Shown here piece by piece: positions 62,665-64,000 of a stretch of DNA of 64,000 nt (position 1 is its first letter; every line of letters begins with the position of its first letter). Position numbers and translations under genes: made by a program. Below the pieces are notes generated by a model. That model worked only from the letters and a program-made list of their open reading frames with translations, ran no database searches and had not been told where the DNA came from. Source of the DNA: Takakia lepidozioides. Its lineage: Eukaryota; Plantae; Bryophyta. Location of the stretch: contig CM060732.1 in the NCBI GenBank assembly GCA_030704615.1, positions 5,456,001-5,520,000 of the forward strand. Reading direction: 5' to 3'.

Positions 62665-64000
62665 TTTGGCGACCATACTGGGGACTAACGGTATGTTGAG
62701 TTCAAGTGTACTCAAGGAACCTGATGGTTACTCAGTGATTTCTTGAAATCACAAAAGAACAAGTCAACGGAAGCAAAGGAATGGAAAACATTCCTGGAAA
62801 AATTTCATGGCTTAGCAATACAACATAAGATCTTTCTTTCAATTGCGAAAGAAGATGACAAATGGGGATTGAAGGGAGGAGTGATCAGTATTACACGAGC
62901 ACCTTGAGAATGTAGAATCAGAAGTGAAGAATGGTTGTCCCGTCTAGCTTTATTGATTACTCTAATCCCAATCAGAAAAGTTTGCTACACTAGTTATATT
63001 TTCAGAGAAGGATGTTCAAATTATGAATATTGTCACATGATCATAGAAACAGTGGAGTACTGGATACCCAAAGACTTGTTGCAAGTTAGATACACTGAGA
63101 AAGACAGATGGTATTATTGTGCCCAAGTAGCAAGACTGGTATACGAAGTATCAGTAACCATTCTCAGAATGGAGGATGTGGCAGAAGGATATTCGTTACT
63201 ACTTGGCCGACCATGGTTAACACAAGCCCAATCACACCACAATTGGGGAAGTCAGACTCTCACGATCAAAAAGGGATCAGAACAAGTCACCATCACTACG
63301 AAACAACGAGGTACCATTCCACGAGAAAAACGACCTTGCATAGTGGAAGAGTATGATTGGTCTAGTGGACTATCAGATGAAGAAGAAGCCACAGTATATG
63401 CAGCACATCCACAGTTGGAACCTATTGGGCAATTAGTGGTCAAGCATACCACAACAGTAGGATGTCACATGGTGAACACCCAAGGAGAACCGAATACTTC
63501 GAGAACGGAAGATCCGGAGGAAGAAGCTATGGACACACCTCAACACCCTGCCCGTTTCTATCAAGAAAGGGAAGAGGATATTAAAATCAGTGAAGTACCT
63601 GCCACGATTGCAACCATCGGATAAGAGATTGCAGGAAGGACAGTAACGGAAGAAACTCAATTGATTCAAGTGAATCTAGGAACAGTGGAAGAACCATAGA
63701 TAATACGAGTAAGTGCAGGTCTTGAAGAATCATTTCTACAAGAAGCCACTGCATTATTCACTGAATACAAGGATGTATTTGCCTGGAACTACAAAGATTT
63801 GAAGGGTATACCTTCTAACATCTGTCAGCACCGAATTGAATTGGAAGTTGACACAAAACCAATTCGTCAGAACCGTTACAGAATGAACCCCAACTATGCA
63901 GCTAAAGTCTGGGAAGAAATCAAGAAATTACTGGATGCAGGATTCATATACCCAGTAGAGACACCACAATGGTTATCGCCCATTGTGATAGTACCCAAGA
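62665..64000 (+). mobile_element. Non-chromovirus (Athila/Tat-like) Ty3/Gypsy internal region: gag largely deleted, protease C-terminus, RT start; runs off the window
   Basis: YSLLLGRPWL; EYKDVFAWNYKDLKGIP..CQHRIEL..KPIRQNRYRMNP..EEIKKLLDAGFIYPVE..WLSPIVIVPK; stops and a frameshift. Confidence 0.88.

Overview
Eukaryotic nuclear DNA, most likely from a non-seed land plant (inferred from the host genes and transposon types). The window is transposon-rich, with one intact-looking host gene (4-exon trihelix GT-1-like factor, 32568-36197) and two pseudogenes (secretory phospholipase A2, BAT1-like permease). Three mobile elements carry chromatin or DNA writer domains. (1) A Ty3/Gypsy retrotransposon (1 to about 7052) has a DNMT3-like cytosine-5 methyltransferase between protease and RT, and a PHD finger after integrase. 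(2) A 15.2-kb Mutator-like DNA transposon (7053-22252) has a GCM-like/DDE/SWIM transposase, a divergently transcribed spliced gene fusing a ParB/Srx-like domain (DGNHR) to a beta-class N4/N6 amino-methyltransferase fold, a head-to-head pair of unknown paralogues, and more than 45 copies of the palindrome GGAAATGCGGCGCCGCATTTCC, including an array of about 30 at about 53-bp spacing and single copies in three introns of the methyltransferase gene. Two more partial relatives of this element are in the window. (3) A SET-domain remnant, split by an inversion, lies beside a CACTA transposase and a second palindrome family. All domain calls come from motif recognition by eye; no searches were run.
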